DNA of 64,000 nucleotides from a virus: IMG/VR virus record IMGVR_UViG_3300010885_020868, positions 2,676 to 66,675 of that record; one strand, 5' to 3'. Shown piece by piece: positions 59,746 to 64,000 of this stretch (position 1 is its first letter; each line of letters starts with the position of its first letter). The notes under the pieces were generated by a model. It saw only the letters and a program-made list of their open reading frames with translations, ran no database searches and was not told where the DNA came from. The position numbers and the translations under genes were made by a program.

Positions 59746-60747
59746 ATGAATGAGCATGTTGTTAAAAAAATTGATCTGACCCAGAATACTTTTGCTTATA
59801 AGGTTAAAGACCCAGTTTATGATTTATGGCTTCGTGGGCCTGAATTTAATGCCGCCCCTTTTATTCCTTATTTCGGTAAAGGAAATAATAGAATTAATGA
59901 AACTGTCATTCCCCTCTTTTTTGCCCCTCAGTACTTTCATAATTTCTTAGAAGTGTTTCCAAAGTTGATAAGATTAAAACAAGAGGGCGAAAATTTTAAA
60001 GTTTTATTAATAACAAATTATGTAATAGATAAAGATAAGGGTTTACCAGAAATGCTGATAGAGGGAAGCCCTATCAATATTTCTTCAGATAAATGCAATT
60101 ATTTAAAAAAATTCTATAGCAATTTAGGAATAGAAATTATGTTTATTTCTTTTGATGATTTTAAAATGACATCATTTGATTACTCATATGTGTTTTATGA
60201 AAAGTCTTCTGATAAAAATAGCTACGGATTCTGGAAGATGTGGGATAAGAATCTTCAGATTAAATGTGAAAATTTGTTTAATTGTTGGTCTCAAGACTTA
60301 TTTTTAGAAGGACATCCTACACAGTTTTATATTGATAATATTGAAATAATGAAATCATTTTTTCCAGAAAAAAAATCCAATTTAGATAAAAAAATATATG
60401 TATCTAGAAAAAATTTTTACATGAGAAAAATAAAAGAAGAGTTTAAACTAGAAGAATATATGGCTCAAAAAGGATATGAAATAGTTTATTTAGAAAATTA
60501 TTCTGTAGAAGATCAGATTGAAATAATAAGAGAGTCTTCAGAAATAGTATGTTTAAGCGGCTCTTCTTTGGTTAATTGCATGTTGGCAAATCCTGGCACT
60601 AAGGTAATTGAAATGTCCTTTGATGACCCACCAGTAGTATATTTATACTCAGAAATGTTTAAAAGATATAAGATAGAACATACTTTTATTCATGTAGAGC
60701 CAAATGTTGAATCAATAATAGATTCGTTAAAAGTTAATGGGATATAG
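59746..60747 (+). CDS. Glycosyltransferase family 61-like
   Basis: YFH.F.E..P, KIYVSR..R, GYEIV.LE....DQI, GS.LVN....PGTKVIE. Confidence 0.75.
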   Translation: MNEHVVKKIDLTQNTFAYKVKDPVYDLWLRGPEFNAAPFIPYFGKGNNRINETVIPLFFAPQYFHNFLEVFPKLIRLKQEGENFKVLLITNYVIDKDKGLPEMLIEGSPINISSDKCNYLKKFYSNLGIEIMFISFDDFKMTSFDYSYVFYEKSSDKNSYGFWKMWDKNLQIKCENLFNCWSQDLFLEGHPTQFYIDNIEIMKSFFPEKKSNLDKKIYVSRKNFYMRKIKEEFKLEEYMAQKGYEIVYLENYSVEDQIEIIRESSEIVCLSGSSLVNCMLANPGTKVIEMSFDDPPVVYLYSEMFKRYKIEHTFIHVEPNVESIIDSLKVNGI

Positions 60748-60788
60748 GGTATTGTAGTATTTAATTAAATATGCGATAATAGAGCCTT

Positions 60789-60861
60789 GCCTTCGTAGCT
60801 CAGAGGACAGAGCATTCGGTTTCTACCCGACTGGCCGCAGGTTCGATTCCTGCCGAAGGCA
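60789..60861 (+). tRNA. tRNA-Arg (TCT)
   Basis: Acceptor GCCTTCG/CGAAGGC, D arm GCTC/GAGC, anticodon loop ttTCTac, T arm GCAGG-TTCGATT-CCTGC. Confidence 0.88.
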
Positions 60862-60919
60862 CTGGCGGATACAAAATAATAAATGGTATAATAAATACAA
60901 GTAATGTTTAGGGGATATA

Positions 60920-61375
60920 ATGGAAGCTTTAATTCAAGCACTAAGGACACTTCAGGCTAACGCTTTTATTTATTATACAAAAGCTCACGGGTATCATTGG
61001 AATATAGAAGGAATTTTATTTACTCAGTTTCATGAATTTTTTGCGGATATATATAATGATGCTTGGTCTTCTATAGATGGGTATGCAGAGTGGATTCGTA
61101 TTTTTGGAGGAAAAGCAGCATTTGATACTCCTTCAATTTTAATGAATTCTAATGTTAGATACGATTTAGACATGAATGCGTCTAACCCAATTGATATGCT
61201 AAATTCATTAAATTCATCAAATGATCAAATAATTTCTGATTTAACTTTAGCTTTTGATATTGCAACATTAGAAAGACAGCAAGGCGTAGCAAACTTCTTT
61301 GCCGATAGAATTTCAATACATGAAAAATATAGATGGCAGATTACAGCATCATTAAAAACAATGAGCAACAATTAA
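60920..61375 (+). CDS. dps: Dps-family ferritin-like protein
   Basis: K.HGYHWNIEG..F...HEFF..IY......D..AE.IR; H.K..W. Confidence 0.9.
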   Translation: MEALIQALRTLQANAFIYYTKAHGYHWNIEGILFTQFHEFFADIYNDAWSSIDGYAEWIRIFGGKAAFDTPSILMNSNVRYDLDMNASNPIDMLNSLNSSNDQIISDLTLAFDIATLERQQGVANFFADRISIHEKYRWQITASLKTMSNN

Positions 61376-61398
61376 TTTAAAATAAAAGGAGAAACAAA

Positions 61399-62010
61399 AT
61401 GGCAGCAGTACAAGGATCAGCAGCAAGACTAGTAGAAGTAGCGTTAGCAGAAGTTGGAACTATTGAAGGTCCAAAAGATAATGAAACAAAGTATGGTAAG
61501 TTTACAAAAGCTAACTTTCAACCATGGTGTGGTTCATTTGTTATGTGGTGTGCAGATCAAGCAGGCGTAAAGGTTCCTAATACAGTCTATACACCAGCAG
61601 GAGCACAAGCATTTATTAAAGCGGGAACATGGCAGATGGCAGAAACAGCTACACCAGAACCAGGCGATATTGCGTATTTTGATTTCCCATCAGACGGCGT
61701 TGATAGAATTTCTCACGTAGGAATTGTTGTTGCAGTAAATGCAGACGGAACCGTAGATGTTGTAGAAGGAAATACTTCTTCAGATAAAAAGGGCGATCAA
61801 AGAAATGGTGGAGAGTGTTGCCTTAAGAATCGTGCTTACAAGAAGAAGAACGGATCAAAGCTTCGCAGAAGTCAGATTGTAGGCATTGTAGGATTTGGAA
61901 GACCAGCATTTGGCAAGCCTGTAGCTAAGACAGCAGCAGCACCTGTAAAGAAGGCGGCTCCTGTAAAGAAGGCGGCTCCTGTAAAGAAAGCCGCAGTAAA
62001 GAAGAAGTAA
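61399..62010 (+). CDS. CHAP-domain cell wall hydrolase (endolysin) with basic tail
   Basis: PWCGSFV.W, PGDI.YFD, SHVGIV, EGNT; C-terminal (AAPVKK)n. Confidence 0.85.
   Translation: MAAVQGSAARLVEVALAEVGTIEGPKDNETKYGKFTKANFQPWCGSFVMWCADQAGVKVPNTVYTPAGAQAFIKAGTWQMAETATPEPGDIAYFDFPSDGVDRISHVGIVVAVNADGTVDVVEGNTSSDKKGDQRNGGECCLKNRAYKKKNGSKLRRSQIVGIVGFGRPAFGKPVAKTAAAPVKKAAPVKKAAPVKKAAVKKK
61942..62007 (+). repeat. 18-bp tandem repeat (PVKKAA) x3 plus partial copy
   Basis: cctgtaaagaaggcggct repeated. Confidence 0.9.
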
Positions 62011-62417
62011 TGTACGAGTATTACGTACGAAAAGTAGAAGCCGTAGTTGATGGGGACACAATTGATGTCCTCATCGACCTTGGTTTTGATATATTGTTTG
62101 CTTCAAGAGTAAGACTTGCTGGAATAGATACTCCTGAATCAAGAACAAAAGATTTAGCAGAAAAAAAGCTGGGGCTAGAAGCAAAAGAATATCTTAAGTA
62201 TAAATTAAAAGATGCAAAGTCTGTAAAGATTAAAACTGAAAAGATGGATTCTTCTGAAAAATATGGAAGAATACTAGGCTGGCTATTTGTTGATGATCAA
62301 ACGGTATCAATAAATGAACAGATGATCGCAGATGGATATGCATGGGGATACCTAGGGGATACCAAAGTTAAAGATTTTCAGGCTTTAGCAAAGGCAAGAG
62401 CAAAGTCTGGTAAATAA
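62010..62417 (+). CDS. Thermonuclease (SNase-like)
   Basis: VVDGDT, RVRLAGIDTPE, KYGRILG, N..MI..GYA. Confidence 0.88.
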   Translation: MYEYYVRKVEAVVDGDTIDVLIDLGFDILFASRVRLAGIDTPESRTKDLAEKKLGLEAKEYLKYKLKDAKSVKIKTEKMDSSEKYGRILGWLFVDDQTVSINEQMIADGYAWGYLGDTKVKDFQALAKARAKSGK

Positions 62418-62442
62418 ATATCAGTTATGCTATAATTATTTT

Positions 62443-62494
62443 ACATCCGCCTTATGGGGATGCTAAACTAACTCGCTTAAAAGGAGCAAAAATG
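62443..62494 (+). promoter_or_regulatory. ROSE-like RNA thermometer in hsp20 5' UTR
   Basis: Promoter TGCTATAAT at 62428; hairpin CATCC..GGATG; CTC-G-CT pairs with SD AG-GAG leaving a bulged G. Confidence 0.55.
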
Positions 62495-62911
62495 GTAAAC
62501 GCACTGACCCTGGATCTTTTTAGAGATCCTTTTTTTATTGGCTTTAATCGTGAAATGGAAAGAATGGCACATGTCCATCAGGCTGCAACACGTCAGACAT
62601 ATCCACCATATGATGTATTAAAGCTAGACGAAGATACATATCAGGTATCAATTGCAATAGCAGGATTCACAAAGAATGATATTAATGTTTCAGTAGATAA
62701 TGGAACACTTATTGTTAAGGGTGAAATCACAGAGGTTACAGACGGTGAATATCTACATAAAGGTATTGCTGCACGTAAGTTCACTAGAACATTTGGGCTA
62801 GGTGAATATATGGAAGTAACTGGAGCTTCAATCGAAGATGGAATGTTAAATATCAATGTAGATAGAATTATTCCAGAAGAAAAGAAGCCAAAGGTCATTA
62901 AGATCAAATAG
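62492..62911 (+). CDS. Small heat-shock protein Hsp20 (IbpA-like)
   Basis: YPPYDV, AIAGF, YLHKGIAARKFTRTF.L, DGML.I, IPEEKKPK.I.I. Confidence 0.92.
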   Translation: MVNALTLDLFRDPFFIGFNREMERMAHVHQAATRQTYPPYDVLKLDEDTYQVSIAIAGFTKNDINVSVDNGTLIVKGEITEVTDGEYLHKGIAARKFTRTFGLGEYMEVTGASIEDGMLNINVDRIIPEEKKPKVIKIK

Positions 62912-62980
62912 TCTTTGGTTCGCTACCGAAGGAGACCTGAGCAAGTCATAAAAAGGCTCATTTAACTTAAAGGATAAGTA

Positions 62981-63169
62981 ATGCCAGTATACGAATACAA
63001 GTGCTCATATGACGATGCACACCCAACAATGTCAGTACATAGATCTATTGTTGATAATGATCCAGGCTACACATGTGTTGAATGTGAGTCAGAAATGACT
63101 AGACACTTTACTCCATTTGGTATACAGTTTAAAGGTAATGGCTTTTACAAAACGGATAACCCTAAGTAA
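62981..63169 (+). CDS. FmdB-family zinc-ribbon protein
   Basis: MPVYEYKC...CVEC...FKGNGFYKTD. Confidence 0.85.
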   Translation: MPVYEYKCSYDDAHPTMSVHRSIVDNDPGYTCVECESEMTRHFTPFGIQFKGNGFYKTDNPK

Positions 63170-63235
63170 TTAAATAGTCAATCATGATATAATTCTTATG
63201 TAATACAAAATTTGTATTCCTAGGAGAAACCCTAA

Positions 63236-64000
63236 TTGACTAGAAAGTTAAGAATATTTACAGCCTTTCTGCTATCAGCAGGTTGGCTTTTTGCTGTTCC
63301 AACCGAAGCCCACGCAGCAGAAGGTTTAACCGCTCAGGTACATAATGTACTCGGTCAGAATGGTTCACCTTATATACCACAAGGAGATACCGCAACAGTA
63401 ATAACAAATGTACCCAACATTAACTTTCAATGGGGTAGTGGTAGTGTTCTTGGAGGACCTTCAGAAGATGTTATTGTAAGATTTACTGGATCTATTCTCA
63501 GTAACACGACGCAAGACATATCATTTTTAGCAGCAGCAGATGACGGAACTAAACTTTACCTTGATGGCATTTTAATAACAAATGACTGGCGAGATAAAGG
63601 TGGTGGAGGAACAACAAGCGCACCAGTATCATTTACGGCAGGGGTTCCAAAGACCATAGAATTAATGTACTATGAGAATGGTGGTGGTGCTTGGGTTCAA
63701 CTACTATGGAATCAATCTGGATCAATGCAGGTTATCCCAGCAGAAGCCTTTACTTCACAAGCAGCACCAGTAGTTAAAACAATAGGGCCACCAAGAAATT
63801 TGACGGTAGTAGATGGTGCAACAACAACAGTTTTAGATTGGGATGCTCCAGATACTGGTAATACTCAACCAGAAAGATATGCAATAAGTTTTAATTGTTC
63901 TGGGTGTAACGGATGGGGAATTGCAACTGGAAATGTTGGTGGACCTAATTCTTTAAATACAACAATAACAATTGACCACTCCCTACTTGAAAGCTTAAGG
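63236..64000 (+). CDS. Secreted PA14 + FN3 domain protein (truncated by window)
   Basis: TTG start after AGGAG; signal peptide ending AHA-AE; INFQWG, VRFTG, ADDG..LYLDG, YYENGGGA; then PPRNL...LDWDAP. Confidence 0.8.
   Translation, partial: MTRKLRIFTAFLLSAGWLFAVPTEAHAAEGLTAQVHNVLGQNGSPYIPQGDTATVITNVPNINFQWGSGSVLGGPSEDVIVRFTGSILSNTTQDISFLAAADDGTKLYLDGILITNDWRDKGGGGTTSAPVSFTAGVPKTIELMYYENGGGAWVQLLWNQSGSMQVIPAEAFTSQAAPVVKTIGPPRNLTVVDGATTTVLDWDAPDTGNTQPERYAISFNCSGCNGWGIATGNVGGPNSLNTTITIDHSLLESLR

Noticed and set aside
57436-60861. tRNAs as prophage attachment sites
   Set aside because: No integrase or duplicated tRNA 3' end is visible, and phage-type genes continue on both sides
60765-60950. 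61-aa minus-strand ORF
   Set aside because: It is the antisense reading of the tRNA-Arg gene
1-64000. Alternative genetic code (stop-codon reassignment)
   Set aside because: Genes are full length under the standard bacterial code, TAA, TAG and TGA all end genes, and no suppressor tRNA is present

Overview
The window is part of a large, AT-rich, tailed dsDNA phage genome (siphovirus-type). All credible genes are on the + strand, and no integrase, CRISPR array or host chromosomal flank is visible. Gene order: a cluster of at least six Fe(II)/2OG prolyl-hydroxylase-like oxygenases with an unannotated CDGSH-type mini-protein; LamG protein; portal; prohead protease/scaffold; major capsid; neck and tail genes; a -1 frameshifted tail chaperone; a 3093-aa tape measure protein (TMP); baseplate and adhesin genes; replication/recombination genes (DnaB, primase, SSB, DnaE, RecA, Cas4-like nuclease, RuvC); GT2, NTP-transferase and IMPDH/GMPR; terminase; two tRNAs flanking an AT-rich GT61/kinase island; Dps; CHAP lysin; SNase; Hsp20; FmdB; and a secreted PA14 protein. 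Gene order and many apparently leaderless genes suggest an actinobacterial, possibly freshwater, host (inference). The most notable candidate system is the TMP, which carries several putative toxin/effector domains (His-Me nuclease, two classes of ADP-ribosyltransferase, zincin protease) between repeated Gly-rich linker modules. A second is a possible proline-hydroxylation/glycosylation pathway for virion proteins. All assignments are by eye from motifs; no database searches were run.
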